The notes under the pieces: generated by a model
What the model saw: the letters and a program-made list of their open reading frames with translations, nothing else
Databases searched by the model: none
What the model was told of the DNA's origin: nothing
Made by a program: the position numbers and the translations under genes
In this document: positions 1 to 19,969 of the stretch, piece by piece
Layout: the number at the start of each line of letters is the position of its first letter
How positions within the stretch are numbered: position 1 is the first letter of the stretch
From: Eledone cirrhosa
Lineage: Eukaryota
DNA: 64,000 bases
NCBI GenBank assembly: GCA_964016885.1
Contig: OZ024743.1
Span: 306,590,001 to 306,654,000, forward strand
Reading direction: 5' to 3'

Positions 1-55
1 TCATACTCATACTCATACTCATACTCATACTCATAATCATACTCATACACATACA

Positions 56-139
56 CTAACACATACTCATACTCATAATCATACTCATACACATACACTA
101 ACACATACTCATACACATACACATACTCGTACACTTACT
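56..139 (+). repeat. Representative 42-bp punctuation unit CTAACA-CATACT-CATACT-CATAAT-CATACT-CATACA-CATACA, recurring window-wide, usually as doublets or triplets
   Basis: CTA at 56/98, 846/900/936, 1914/1956, 2688/2730, 4486/4528, 5938/5980, and onward to about 63747. Confidence 0.85.
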
Positions 140-2156
140 CATACTCATACTCATAGTCATACTCATACACATACTCATACACATACTCATACTCATACAC
201 ATACACAAACTCATACACATACACATACTCATACTCATATTCATACTCATACTCCTACTCATACACATACACATACTCATACACATAGTCATATTCATAC
301 ACATATTCATACTCATACACATACTCATACTCATACACATACACATACACATACACCTACTCATACTCATACTCATACTCATACTCATACACATACTCAT
401 ACTCATACACATATACATACTCATACACATATTTATACTCATACTCATACTCATATACATACTCATACTCATACTCATACTCATACTCATACTCATACTC
501 ATACTCATACTCATACACATACACATACTCATACACATACTCATACGCATACTCATACTCATACACAGACATACTCATGCACATACTCACACTCATTTAC
601 ATACTCATACACATAGACATACTCATACTCATACTCATACTCATACACATACTCACACTCATACACATACACATTCTCCTACTCCTACTCATACACATAC
701 TCATACACATACACATACACATACTCCCACTCATACACATACTCATAATCATACTCATACTCATACACATACTCATACACATACACATACTCATACTCAT
801 AGACATACTCATACTCATACTCATAATGCTACTCATACACATACACTAACACATACTCATACTCATACTCATATTCATAATCATACTCATACACATACAC
901 TAACACATACTCATACTCATAATCATACTCATACACTAACACATACTCATACACATACACATAATCCTACTCATACTCATACTCATACACATACTCATAC
1001 TCATACTCATACACATACACATACTCATACTCCTACACATACTCTTACTCATACACTTACACATACTCATACTCATACTCATACTCATACTCATACTCAT
1101 ACTCATACACATACTCATACTCATACTCGTACACATACACATACTCATACACATACTCATACTCACACACATACACATGCACATACTCACACTCATACAC
1201 ATATTCATACACATACTCATACTCATACACATACTCATAATCATACTCATACTCATACTCATACACATACTCATACGCATACACATACTCCTACTCATAC
1301 TCATACTCATACTCATACACATACATATACACATAATCCTACTCATACTCATATTCATACACATACTCATACACATACACATACACATACACATACTCAT
1401 ACTCCTACTCATACACATACACATACTCATACACATAGTCATACTCATACACATACACATACACATACAGATACACATACTCATGCTCATACTCATACTC
1501 ATGCTCATACTTATACTCATACACATACACATACTCATACTCATACACTTACTCATACTCATACAGATACTCATACTCATACACATACTCATACTCATAC
1601 TCATACACATACTCCTACTCATACTCATACACATACTCATACTCATACACATACACATACTCTTACTCCTACTCATACTCATAATCATACTGATACACAT
1701 ACACATACTCATACCCATAGACATACTCATACTCATACTCATACACATACACATACACATACTCCTACTCATACTCATACACATACTCATACTCATACAC
1801 ATACACATACTCTTACTCATACTCATACTCATAATCATACTCATACACATACAATAACACATACTCATACTCATACTCATATTCATACTCATAATCATAC
1901 TCATGCACATACACTAACACATACTCATACTCATAATCATACTCATACACATACACTAACACATACTCATACACATACACATAATCCTACTCATACTCAT
2001 ACTCATACACATACTCATATTCATACTCAGACACATACCCATACAGATACTCATACTCATACTCATACTCATACTCATACTCATACACATACTCATACTC
2101 ATAATCGTACACATACACATACACATACTCATACTCATACAGATACTCATACTCAC

Positions 2157-2188
<32 letters not shown>

Positions 2189-2382
2189 TCATACACATAC
2201 TCATACACATACTCATACTCATACACATACTCATAATCATACTCATACTCATACTCATACACATACTCATACGCATACACATACTCCTACTCATACTCAT
2301 ACTCATACACATACACATACTCATACTCATACACATACACATACACATACTCCTACTCATACTCATATTCATACACATACTC

Positions 2383-2413
<31 letters not shown>

Positions 2414-4102
2414 TACTCATACTCCTACTCATACACATACACATACTCATACACATAGTCATACTCATACACATATTCATACTCATACACATACTCATAC
2501 TCATACACATACACATACACATACACATACTCATACTCATACTCATACTCATACTCATACACATATTCATACTCATACACTTGCTCATACTCATACACAT
2601 ACTCATACTCATACACATACTCATACACATACTCATACTCATACACATACACATACTCATACTCATAATCATACTCATACACATACACTAACACGTACTC
2701 ATACTCATAATCATACTCATACACATACACTAACACATACTCATACACATACACATACTCGTACACTTACTCATACTCATACTCATAGTCATACTCATAC
2801 ACATACTCATACACATACTCATACTCATACACATACACAAACTCATAAACATACACATACTCATACTCATATTCATACTCATACTCCTACTCATACACAT
2901 ACACATACTCATACACATAGTCATATTCATACACATATTCATACTCATACACATACTCATACTCATACACATACACATACACATACACCTACTCATACTC
3001 ATACTCATACTCATACTCATACACATACTCATACTCATACACATATACATACTCATACACATATTTATACTCATACTCATACTCATATACATACTCATAC
3101 TCATACTCATACTCATACTCATACTCATACTCATACACATACACATACTCATACACATACTCATACACATACTCATACACATACTCATACGCATACTCAT
3201 ACTCATACACAGACATACTCATGCACATACTCACACTCATTTACATACTCATACACATAGACATACTCATACTCATACTCATACTCATACACATACTCAC
3301 ACTCATACACATACACATTCTCCTACTCCTACTCATACACATACTCATACACATACACATACACATACTCCCACTCATACACATACTCATAATCATACTC
3401 ATACTCATACACATACTCATACACATACACATACTCATACTCATAGACATACTCATACTCATACTCATAATGCTACTCATACACATACACTAACACATAC
3501 TCATACTCATACTCATATTCATAATCATACTCATACACATACACTAACACATACTCATACTCATAATCATACTCATACACTAACACATACTCATACACAT
3601 ACACATAATCCTACTCATACTCATACTCATACACATACTCATACTCATACTCATACACATACACATACTCATACTCCTACACATACTCTTACTCATACAC
3701 TTACACATACTCATACTCATACTCATACTCATACTCATACTCATACACATACTCATACTCATACTCGTACACATACACATACTCATACACATACTCATAC
3801 TCACACACATACACATGCACATACTCACACTCATACACATATTCATACACATACTCATACTCATACACATACTCATAATCATACTCATACTCATACTCAT
3901 ACACATACTCATACGCATACACATACTCCTACTCATACTCATACTCATACTCATACACATACATATATACATACTCCTACTCATACTCATATTCATACAC
4001 ATACTCATACACATACACATACACATACACATACTCATACTCCTACTCATACACATACACATACTCATACACATAGTCATACTCATACACATACTCATAC
4101 TC

Positions 4103-4133
<31 letters not shown>

Positions 4134-5200
4134 TACTCATGCTCATACTCATACTCATGCTCATACTTATACTCATACACATACACATACTCATACTCAT
4201 ACACTTACTCATACTCATACAGATACTCATACTCATACACATACTCATACTCATACTCATACACATACTCCTACTCATACTCATACACATACTCATACTC
4301 ATACACATACACATACTCTTACTCCTACTCATACTCATAATCATACTGATACACATACACATACTCATACCCATAGACATACTCATACTCATACTCCTAC
4401 TCATACTCATACACATACTCATACTCATACACATACACATACTCTTACTCATACTCATACTCATAATCATACTCATACACATACACTAACACATACTCAT
4501 ACTCATAATCATACTCATACACATACACTAACACATACTCATACACATACACATAATCCTACTCATACTCATACTCATACACATACTCATATTCATACTC
4601 AGACACATACACATACAGATACTCATACTCATACACATACTCTTACTCATACACATACACATACACATACTCATACTTATACTCATACTCGTACTCGTAC
4701 TCATACTCATACACATACTCATACTCATACTCGTACACATACACATACACATACTCATACTCATACACATACTCATACTCACACACATACACATACACAT
4801 ACACATACTCACACTCATACACATACTCATACACATACTCATACTCATACACATACTCATAATCATACTCATACTCATACTCATACACATACTCATACGC
4901 ATACACATACTCCTACTCATACTCATACTCATACACATACACATACTCATACTCATACACATACACATACACATACTCCTACTCATACTCATATTCATAC
5001 ACATACTCATACACATACACATACACATACACATACTCATACTCCTACTCATACACATACACATACTCATACACATAGTCATACTCATACACATATTCAT
5101 ACTCATACACATACTCATACTCATACACATACACATACACATACACATACTCATACTCATACTCATACTCATACACATATTCATACTCATACACTTGCTC
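56..5200 (+). repeat. Nested HOR, period about 2632-2644 bp
   Basis: Near-identical blocks at 98/2730, 597/3241 and 936/3580. The CAGA register break is shared at 566 and 3210. Confidence 0.88.
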
Positions 5201-5554
5201 ATACTCATACACATACTCATACTCATACACATACTCATACACATACTCATACTCATACACATACACATACTCATAGTCATACTCATACACATACTCATAC
5301 TCATACACATACACATACTCATACACATACACATACACATACAAATACACATACACATACTCATACTCATATACATACTCATACTCATACTCATACACAT
5401 ACTCATACACATACTCATACACATACTCATACACATACTCATACACATACTCATACTCATACACATACACATACACATACACATACTCATACTCCTACTC
5501 ATACACATACACATACTCATACACATAGTCATACTCATACACATACTCATACTC

Positions 5555-5585
<31 letters not shown>

Positions 5586-6912
5586 TACTCATGCTCATAC
5601 TCATACTCATGCTCATACTTATACTCATACACATACACATACTCATACTCATACACTTACTCATACTCATACAGATACTCATACTCATACACATACTCAT
5701 ACTCATACTCATACACATACTCCTACTCATACTCATACACATACTCATACTCATACACATACACATACTCTTACTCCTACTCATACTCATAATCATACTG
5801 ATACACATACACATACTCATACCCATAGACATACTCATACTCATACTCCTACTCATACTCATACACATACTCATACTCATACACATACACATACTCTTAC
5901 TCATACTCATACTCATAATCATACTCATACACATACACTAACACATACTCATACTCATAATCATACTCATACACATACACTAACACATACTCATACACAT
6001 ACACATAATCCTACTCATACTCATACTCATACACATACTCATATTCATACTCAGACACATACACATACAGATACTCATACTCATACACATACTCTTACTC
6101 ATACACATACACATACACATACTCATACTTATACTCATACTCGTACTCGTACTCATACTCATACACATACTCATACTCATACTCGTACACATACACATAC
6201 ACATACTCATACTCATACACATACTCATACTCACACACATACACATACACATACACATACTCACACTCATACACATACTCATACACATACTCATACTCAT
6301 ACACATACTCATAATCATACTCATACTCATACTCATACACATACTCATACGCATACACATACTCCTACTCATACTCATACTCATACACATACACATACTC
6401 ATACTCATACACATACACATACACATACTCCTACTCATACTCATATTCATACACATACTCATACACATACACATACACATACACATACTCATACTCCTAC
6501 TCATACACATACACATACTCATACACATAGTCATACTCATACACATATTCATACTCATACACATACTCATACTCATACACATACACATACACATACACAT
6601 ACTCATACTCATACTCATACTCATACACATATTCATACTCATACACTTGCTCATACTCATACACATACTCATACTCATACACATACTCATACACATACTC
6701 ATACTCATACACATACACATACTCATAGTCATACTCATACACATACTCATACTCATACACATACACATACTCATACACATACACATACACATACAAATAC
6801 ACATACACATACTCATACTCATATACATACTCATACTCATACTCATACACATACTCATACACATACTCATACACATACTCATACACATACTCATACACAT
6901 ACTCATACTCAT
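4010..6912 (+). repeat. Tandem duplication, period 1452 bp
   Basis: Matching markers at 4141/5593 (GCTCAT), and matching ORF coordinates 4482/5934, 4528/5980, 4643/6095, 5195/6647. Confidence 0.9.
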
Positions 6913-9900
6913 ACTCATACACATACACATACACATACACATACTCATACTCATACTCATACTCATAATCATGCTGATACACATACACATACACATACTC
7001 ATACTCATACTCATATACATACTGATACTCATACTCATATTCATACAAATACACATACTCATACACATACTCATACTCATACACATACTCATACACATAC
7101 ACATACACATACTCATACACTTACTCATACTCATACTCATACTCATACACATACACAAACTCATACACATACTCATATTCATACTCATACTCATACTCAT
7201 ACACATACTCATACACATACACATACTCATATACATACACATACTCCTACTCATACTCATACTCATACACATACACATACACATACTCATACACATACTC
7301 ACACTCATTTACATACTCATACTCATACACATACTCATACATATACTCATACTCATACTCATACTCATACACATACTCATACTCATACTCACATACATAC
7401 TCATACTCATACTCATACTCATACTCATACTCATACACATACACATACTCATACACATACTCATACTGATACACATACTCATATACATACTCATACTCAT
7501 ACTCATACACATACTCATACTCATACTCATACTCATACTCATACACATACTCACACTCATACAAATACACATACTCCTACTCCTACTCATACTCATATTC
7601 ATACTGATACTCATACACATACACATACTCATACTCATACTCATACACATACTCAGACTCATACACATACTCATACACATACACATACTCATACTCATAC
7701 ACATACATATACTCATACACATACTCACACTCATTTACATACTCATACTCATACACATACTCATACTCATACTCATACACATACTCATACTCATACTCAT
7801 ACACATACACATACTATTACTCATACTCATACTCATAATCATACTCATACACATACACTAACACATACTCATACTCATACTCATACTCATACTCATACTC
7901 ATACTCATAATCATACTCATACACATACACTAACACATACTCATACTCATAATCATACTCATACACATACACTAACACATACTCATACACATACACATAC
8001 TCGTACACTTACTCATACTCATACTCATAGTCATACTCATACACATACTCATACACATACTCATACTCATACACATACACAAACTCATACACATACACAT
8101 ACTCATACTCATATTCATACTCATACTCCTACTCATACACATACACATACTCATACACATAGTCATATTCATACACATATTCATACTCATACACATACTC
8201 ATACTCATACACATACACATACACATACACCTACTCATACTCATACTCATACTCATACTCATACACATACTCATACTCATACACATATACATACTCATAC
8301 ACATATTTATACTCATACTCATACTCATATACATACTCATACTCATACTCATACTCATACTCATACTCATACTCATACTCATACTCATACACATACACAT
8401 ACTCATACACATACTCATACGCATACTCATACTCATACACAGACATACTCATGCACATACTCACACTCATTTACATACTCATACACATAGACATACTCAT
8501 ACTCATACTCATACTCATACACATACTCACACTCATACACATACACATTCTCCTACTCCTACTCATACACATACTCATACACATACACATACACATACTC
8601 CCACTCATACACATACTCATAATCATACTCATACTCATACACATACTCATACACATACACATACTCATACTCATAGACATACTCATACTCATACTCATAA
8701 TGCTACTCATACACATACACTAACACATACTCATACTCATACTCATATTCATAATCATACTCATACACATACACTAACACATACTCATACTCATAATCAT
8801 ACTCATACACTAACACATACTCATACACATACACATAATCCTACTCATACTCATACTCATACACATACTCATACTCATACTCATACACATACACATACTC
8901 ATACTCCTACACATACTCTTACTCATACACTTACACATACTCATACTCATACTCATACTCATACTCATACTCATACTCATACACATACTCATACTCATAC
9001 TCGTACACATACACATACTCATACACATACTCATACTCACACACATACACATGCACATACTCACACTCATACACATATTCATACACATACTCATACTCAT
9101 ACACATACTCATAATCATACTCATACTCATACTCATACACATACTCATACGCATACACATACTCCTACTCATACTCATACTCATACTCATACACATACAT
9201 ATACACATAATCCTACTCATACTCATATTCATACACATACTCATACACATACACATACACATACACATACTCATACTCCTACTCATACACATACACATAC
9301 TCATACACATAGTCATACTCATACACATACACATACACATACAGATACACATACTCATGCTCATACTCATACTCATGCTCATACTTATACTCATACACAT
9401 ACACATACTCATACTCATACACTTACTCATACTCATACAGATACTCATACTCATACACATACTCATACTCATACTCATACACATACTCCTACTCATACTC
9501 ATACACATACTCATACTCATACACATACACATACTCTTACTCCTACTCATACTCATAATCATACTGATACACATACACATACTCATACCCATAGACATAC
9601 TCATACTCATACTCATACACATACACATACACATACTCCTACTCATACTCATACACATACTCATACTCATACACATACACATACTCTTACTCATACTCAT
9701 ACTCATAATCATACTCATACACATACAATAACACATACTCATACTCATACTCATATTCATACTCATAATCATACTCATGCACATACACTAACACATACTC
9801 ATACTCATAATCATACTCATACACATACACTAACACATACTCATACACATACACATAATCCTACTCATACTCATACTCATACACATACTCATATTCATAC

Positions 9901-10030
9901 TCAGACACATACCCATACAGATACTCATACTCATACTCATACTCATACTCATACTCATACACATACTCATACTCATAATCGTACACATACACATACACAT
10001 ACTCATACTCATACAGATACTCATACTCAC

Positions 10031-10062
<32 letters not shown>

Positions 10063-10256
10063 TCATACACATACTCATACACATACTCATACTCATACAC
10101 ATACTCATAATCATACTCATACTCATACTCATACACATACTCATACGCATACACATACTCCTACTCATACTCATACTCATACACATACACATACTCATAC
10201 TCATACACATACACATACACATACTCCTACTCATACTCATATTCATACACATACTC

Positions 10257-10287
<31 letters not shown>

Positions 10288-11976
10288 TACTCATACTCCT
10301 ACTCATACACATACACATACTCATACACATAGTCATACTCATACACATATTCATACTCATACACATACTCATACTCATACACATACACATACACATACAC
10401 ATACTCATACTCATACTCATACTCATACTCATACACATATTCATACTCATACACTTGCTCATACTCATACACATACTCATACTCATACACATACTCATAC
10501 ACATACTCATACTCATACACATACACATACTCATACTCATAATCATACTCATACACATACACTAACACGTACTCATACTCATAATCATACTCATACACAT
10601 ACACTAACACATACTCATACACATACACATACTCGTACACTTACTCATACTCATACTCATAGTCATACTCATACACATACTCATACACATACTCATACTC
10701 ATACACATACACAAACTCATAAACATACACATACTCATACTCATATTCATACTCATACTCCTACTCATACACATACACATACTCATACACATAGTCATAT
10801 TCATACACATATTCATACTCATACACATACTCATACTCATACACATACACATACACATACACCTACTCATACTCATACTCATACTCATACTCATACACAT
10901 ACTCATACTCATACACATATACATACTCATACACATATTTATACTCATACTCATACTCATATACATACTCATACTCATACTCATACTCATACTCATACTC
11001 ATACTCATACACATACACATACTCATACACATACTCATACACATACTCATACACATACTCATACGCATACTCATACTCATACACAGACATACTCATGCAC
11101 ATACTCACACTCATTTACATACTCATACACATAGACATACTCATACTCATACTCATACTCATACACATACTCACACTCATACACATACACATTCTCCTAC
11201 TCCTACTCATACACATACTCATACACATACACATACACATACTCCCACTCATACACATACTCATAATCATACTCATACTCATACACATACTCATACACAT
11301 ACACATACTCATACTCATAGACATACTCATACTCATACTCATAATGCTACTCATACACATACACTAACACATACTCATACTCATACTCATATTCATAATC
11401 ATACTCATACACATACACTAACACATACTCATACTCATAATCATACTCATACACTAACACATACTCATACACATACACATAATCCTACTCATACTCATAC
11501 TCATACACATACTCATACTCATACTCATACACATACACATACTCATACTCCTACACATACTCTTACTCATACACTTACACATACTCATACTCATACTCAT
11601 ACTCATACTCATACTCATACACATACTCATACTCATACTCGTACACATACACATACTCATACACATACTCATACTCACACACATACACATGCACATACTC
11701 ACACTCATACACATATTCATACACATACTCATACTCATACACATACTCATAATCATACTCATACTCATACTCATACACATACTCATACGCATACACATAC
11801 TCCTACTCATACTCATACTCATACTCATACACATACATATATACATACTCCTACTCATACTCATATTCATACACATACTCATACACATACACATACACAT
11901 ACACATACTCATACTCCTACTCATACACATACACATACTCATACACATAGTCATACTCATACACATACTCATACTC

Positions 11977-12007
<31 letters not shown>

Positions 12008-12846
12008 TACTCATGCTCATACTCATACTCATGCTCATACTTATACTCATACACATACACATACTCATACTCATACACTTACTCATACTCATACAGATAC
12101 TCATACTCATACACATACTCATACTCATACTCATACACATACTCCTACTCATACTCATACACATACTCATACTCATACACATACACATACTCTTACTCCT
12201 ACTCATACTCATAATCATACTGATACACATACACATACTCATACCCATAGACATACTCATACTCATACTCATACACATACACATACACATACTCCTACTC
12301 ATACTCATACACATACTCATACTCATACACATACACATACTCTTACTCATACTCATACTCATAATCATACTCATACACATACAATAACACATACTCATAC
12401 TCATACTCATATTCATACTCATAATCATACTCATACACATACACTAACACATACTCATACTCATAATCATACTCATACACATACACTAACACATACTCAT
12501 ACACATACACATAATCCTACTCATACTCATACTCATACACATACTCATATTCATACTCAGACACATACCCATACAGATACTCATACTCATACTCATACTC
12601 ATACTCATACTCATACACATACTCATACTCATAATCGTACACATACACATACACATACTCATACTCATACAGATACTCATACTCATACACATACTCATAA
12701 TCATACTCATACTCATACTCATACACATACTCATACGCATACACATACTCCTACTCATACTCATACTCATACACATACACATACTCATACTCATACACAT
12801 ACACATACACATACTCCTACTCATACTCATATTCATACACATACTC

Positions 12847-12877
<31 letters not shown>

Positions 12878-13149
12878 TACTCATACTCCTACTCATACAC
12901 ATACACATACTCATACACATAGTCATACTCATACACATATTCATACTCATACACATACTCATACTCATACACATACACATACACATACACATACTCATAC
13001 TCATACTCATACTCATACTCATACACATATTCATACTCATACACTTGCTCATACTCATACACATACTCATACTCATACACATACTCATACACATACTCAT
13101 ACTCATACACATACACATACTCATAGTCATACTCATACACATACTCATA

Positions 13150-14634
13150 CTCATACACATACACATACTGCTACTCCTACTCATACACATACTCATACTC
13201 ATATACATACTCATACTCATACTCATACACATACTCCTACACATACTCATACACATACTCATACACATACTCATACTCATACTCATAATCATGCTGATAC
13301 ACATACACATACACATACACATACTCATACTCATACTCATATACATACTGATACTCATACTCATATTCATACAAATACACATACTCATACACATACTCAT
13401 ACTAATACACATACTCATACACATACACATACACATACTCATACACTTACTCATACTCATACTCATACTCATACTCTTACTCATACACATACTCATACAC
13501 ATACACAAACTCATACACATACTCATATTCATACTCATACTCATACTCATACACATACTCATACACATACACATACTCATATACATACACATACTCCTAC
13601 TCATACTCATACTCACACTCATTTACATACTCATACTCATACACATACTCATACATATACTCATACTCATACTCATACACATACTCATACTCATACTCAT
13701 ATACATACTCATACTCATACTCATACTCATACTCATACTCATACACATACTCATACACATACTCATACTGATACACATACTCATATACATACTCATACTC
13801 ATACTCATACACATACACATACTCATACACATACACATACTGATACACATACACATACTCATACACATACTCATACTCATACTCATACTCATACTCATAC
13901 TCATACACATACTCACACTCATACAAATACACATACTCCTACTCCTACTCATACTCATATTCATACTGATACTCATACACATACACATACTCATACTCAT
14001 ACTCATACACATACTCATACTCATACACATACTCATACACATACACATACTCATACTCATAGACATACTCATACTCATACTCATACTTATACTCATACAC
14101 ATACACATACACATACTCATACTCATACTCATAATGCTACTCATACACATACACTAACACATTCTCATACTCATACTCATATTCATAATCATACTCATAC
14201 ACATACACTAACACATACACATACTCCTACTCATACTCATACTCATACACATACACAAACTCTTACACATACTCATATCCATACTCATACTCATACTCAT
14301 ACACATACTCATACATATACTCATACACATACACATACTCATACACATACACATACTCCTACTCATACTCATACTCATACACATACATATACTCATACAC
14401 ATACTCACACTCATTTACATACTCATACTCATACACATACTCCTACTCATACTCATACACATACTCATACTCATACTCATACACATACACATACTATTAC
14501 TCATACTCATACTCATAATCATACTCATACACATACACTAACACATACTCATACTCATACTCATACTCATACTCATACTCATAATCATACTCATACACAT
14601 ACACTAACACATACTCATACTCATAATCATACTC

Positions 14635-14665
<31 letters not shown>

Positions 14666-15960
14666 TACTCATATTCCTACTCATACACATACACATACTC
14701 ATACACATAGTCATACTCATACACATACTCATACTCATACACATACACATACTCATACACATACACATACACATACAAATACACATACTGCTACTCCTAC
14801 TCATACACATACTCATACTCATATACATACTGATACTCATACTCATATTCATACAAATACACATACTCATACACATACTCATACTAATACACATACTCAT
14901 ACACATACACATACACATACTCATACACTTACTCATACTCATACTCATACTCATACTCTTACTCATACACATACTCATACACATACACAAACTCATACAC
15001 ATACTCATATTCATACTCATACTCATACTCATACACATACTCATACACATACACATACTCCTACTCATACTCATACTCATACACATACACATACTCATAC
15101 ACATACTCACACTCATTTACATACTCATACTCATACACATACTCATACATATACTCATACTCATACTCATACTCATACACATACTCATACTCATATTCAT
15201 ATACATACTCATACTCATACTCATACTCATACTGATACACATACACATACTCATACACATACTCATACTGATACACATACTCATATACATACTCATACTC
15301 ATACTCATACACATACACATACTCATACACATACACATACTGATACACATACACATACTCATACACATACTCATACTCATACTCATACTCATACTCATAC
15401 TCATACACATACTCACACTCATACAAATACACATACTCCTACTCCTACTCATACTCATATTCATACTGATACTCATACACATACACATACTCATACTCAT
15501 ACTCATACACATACTCATACTCATACACATACTCATACACATACACATACTCATACTCATAGACATACTCATACTCATACTCATACTCATAGTCATACTC
15601 ATACTCATACTCATACACATACACATACACATACTCATACTCATACTCATAATGCTACTCATACACATACACTAACACATTCTCATACTCATACTCATAT
15701 TCATAATCATACTCATACACATACACTAACACATACACATACTCCTACTCATACTCATACTCATACACATACACAAACTCATACACATACTCATATCCAT
15801 ACTCATACTCATACTCATACACATACTCATACATATACTCATACACATACACATACTCATACACATACTCCTACTCATACTCATACACATACTCATACTC
15901 ATACTCATACACATACACATACTATTACTCATACTCATACACATACACTAACACATACTC
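13150..15960 (+). repeat. Diverged tandem duplication, period about 1.5 kb
   Basis: Homologous blocks at 13623/15117 (1494) and 14208/15726 (1518). They share CTGCTACTCC, ACTAATAC, ATAATGCTAC and ATATCCATAC markers. Confidence 0.8.
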
Positions 15961-17049
15961 ATACTCATACTCATACTCATACTCATACTCATACTCATAA
16001 TCATACTCATACACATACACTAACACATACTCATACTCATAATCATACTCATACACATGCACTAACACATACTCATACACATACACATACTCGTACACTT
16101 AATCATACTCATACTCATAGTCATACTCATACACATACTCATACACATACTCATACTCATACACATACACAAACTCATACACATACACATACTCATACTC
16201 ATACTCATACACATACTCATACTCATACACATACACATACTCATACACATACACAAACTCATACACATACTCATATCCATACTCATACTCATACTCATAC
16301 ACATACTCATACACATACTCATACACATACACATACTCGTACACATACACATACTCCTACTCATACTCATACTCATACACATACTCACACTCATTTACAT
16401 ACTCATACTCATACACATACTCATACATATACTCATACTAATACTCATACACATACTCATACTGATACACATCCAAATACTCATACTTATATACATACTC
16501 ATACTCATACTCATACACATACACATACTCATACACATACTCATACACATACACATACTCATACACATACTCATACTCATACTCATACACATTCTCACAC
16601 TCATACACATACACATACTCCTACTCCTACTTATACTCATAATCATACTGATACACATACACATACACATACTCATACTCATATACATACTCATACTCAT
16701 ACACATACTCATACACATACACATACTCATACTCATAGACATACGCATACTCATTCTCATACTCATACACATACACATACTCCTACTTATACTCATAAAC
16801 ATACTCATACTCATTCACATACACATACTCGTACTCATACTCATACTCATACTCATACTCATACACATACACTAACACATACTCATACACATACTCATAC
16901 ACATACATATACACATACCCATACACATACACATACTCGTACTCATACTCATACTCATAATCATACTCATACACATACACATATACATACACATACACAT
17001 ACTCATACTCATACACATACTCATACTCCTGCTCATACTCATACACATA

Positions 17050-19668
17050 CTCATACTCTTACTCAGACACATACACATACACATACTCATACTCATACAC
17101 ATATTCATACTCATACACATACACATACTCATACTCGTACTCGTACACATACACATACTCATACTCATAAAAATACTCATACTCATACACATACACATAC
17201 TCATACACAAACACATACTCATACACATACTCATACTCATACTCATACTCATACTCATACACATACTCATACTCATACTCATACACATACTCATACTCAT
17301 ACACATACTCATACTCATAAAAATACTCATACTCATACACATCCACATACTCATACACATACACATACTCATACACATACTCATACTCATACTCATACTC
17401 ATACTCATACTCATACTCATACTCATACACATACTCATACTCACACTCATACATATACACATACTCCTACTCCTACTCATACTCATAATCATACTGATAC
17501 ACATACACATACACATACTCATACTCATACTCATACTAATACTCATACTCATACACATACTCATACACATACACATACTCATACCCATAGACATACTCAT
17601 ACTCATACTCATACTCATACACATACACATACACATACTCCTACTAATACTCATACACATACTCATACTCATACACATACACATACTCTTACTCATACAC
17701 ATACTCATAATCATACTCATACACATACACTAACACATACTCATACTCATACTCATACTCATAATCATACTCATACACATACACTAACACATACTCATAC
17801 TCATAATCATACTCATACACATACACTAACACATACTCATACACATACACATAATCCTACTCATACTCATACTCATACACATACTCATACTCTTACTCAG
17901 ACACATACACATACAGATACTCATACTCATACACATACTCTTACTCATACACATACACATACTCATACTCATACTCATACTCATACTCATAAACATACAC
18001 AAACTCATACACATACACATACTCATACTCATACTCATACACTTACTCATACTCATACACATACACATACTCATACACATACACAAACTCATACACATAC
18101 TCATATTCATACTCATACTCATACACATACTCATACACATACACATACTCATACACATACACATACTCCTACTCATACTCATACTCATACACATACACAT
18201 ACTCATACTCATACTCACACTCATTTACATACTCATACTCATACACATACTCATACTCATACACATCCTCATACTCATACTCATATACATACTCATACTC
18301 ATACACATACTCATACTCCTACTCATACACATACACATACTCATATACATTGTCATACACATACACATATTCATACTCATACACATACTCATACTCATAC
18401 ACATACACATACACATACACATACTCATACACATACTCATACACATACTCACACTCATATACATACACATACTCCTACTCCTACTCATACTCATAATCAT
18501 ACTGATACTCATACACATACACATACTCATACACATACTCATACTCATACACATACTCATACACATACACATACTCATACTCATAGACATACTCATACTC
18601 ATACTCATACTCATACACATACACATACACATACTCCTACTCATACTCATACACATACTCATACTCATACACATACACATACTCATACTCATACACATAT
18701 TCATACTCATACACATACACATACTCATACTCGTACTCGTACACATACACATACTCATACTCATAAAAATACTCATACTCATATTCATACACATACTCAT
18801 ACTCATACACATACTCATACTCATACTCATACTCATACTCATACTCATACACATACTCATACTCATACTCACACTCATACACATACTCCTACTCCTACTC
18901 ATACTCATGATCATACTGATACACATACGCATACACATACTCATACTCATACTAATACTCATACTCATACACATACTCATACACATCCACATACTCATAC
19001 CCATAGACATACTCATACTCATACTCATACTCATACACATACACATACACATACTCCTACTCATACTCATACACATACTCATACTCATACACATACACAT
19101 ACTCTTACTCATACACATACTCATAATCATACTCATACACATACACTAACACATACTCATACTCATACTCATACTCATACTCATAATCATACTCATACAC
19201 ATACACTAACACATACTCATACTCATAATCATACTCATACACATACACTAACACATACTCATACACATACACATAATCCTACTCATACTCATACTCATAC
19301 ATATACTCATACTCTTACTCAGACACATACACATACAGATACTCATACTCATACACATACTCTTACTCATACACATACACATACTCATACTCATACTCAT
19401 ACTCATACACATACTCATACTCATACTCGTACACATACACATACACATACTCATACTCATACACATACTCATACTCACACATATACACATACACATACAC
19501 ATACTCACACTCATACACATACTCATACACATACTCATACTCATGCACATACTCATACGCATACACATACTCCTACTCATACTCATACTCATACACATAC
19601 TCATACTCATACTCATACACATACACATACACATACTCCTACTCATACTCATATTCATACACATACTC

Positions 19669-19717
<49 letters not shown>

Positions 19718-19938
19718 TACTCATACTCCTACTCATACACATACACATACTCATACACATTGTCATACACATACACATATTCATACTCATACACATACTC
19801 ATACTCATACACATACACATACACATACACATACGCATACACATACTCCTACTCATACTCATACTCATACACATACTCATACTCATACTCATACACATAC
19901 ACATACACATACTCCTACTCATACACATACTCATACTC

Positions 19939-19969
<31 letters not shown>

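Larger units (their letters stand above)
1..12265 (+). repeat. Higher-order duplication, period 7874 bp (about 1-4390 repeated at about 7875-12265)
   Basis: Identical ORF translations offset by exactly 7874: 98/7972, 597/8471, 936/8810, 1956/9830, 2730/10604, 3241/11115. Boundaries are approximate. Confidence 0.93.
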
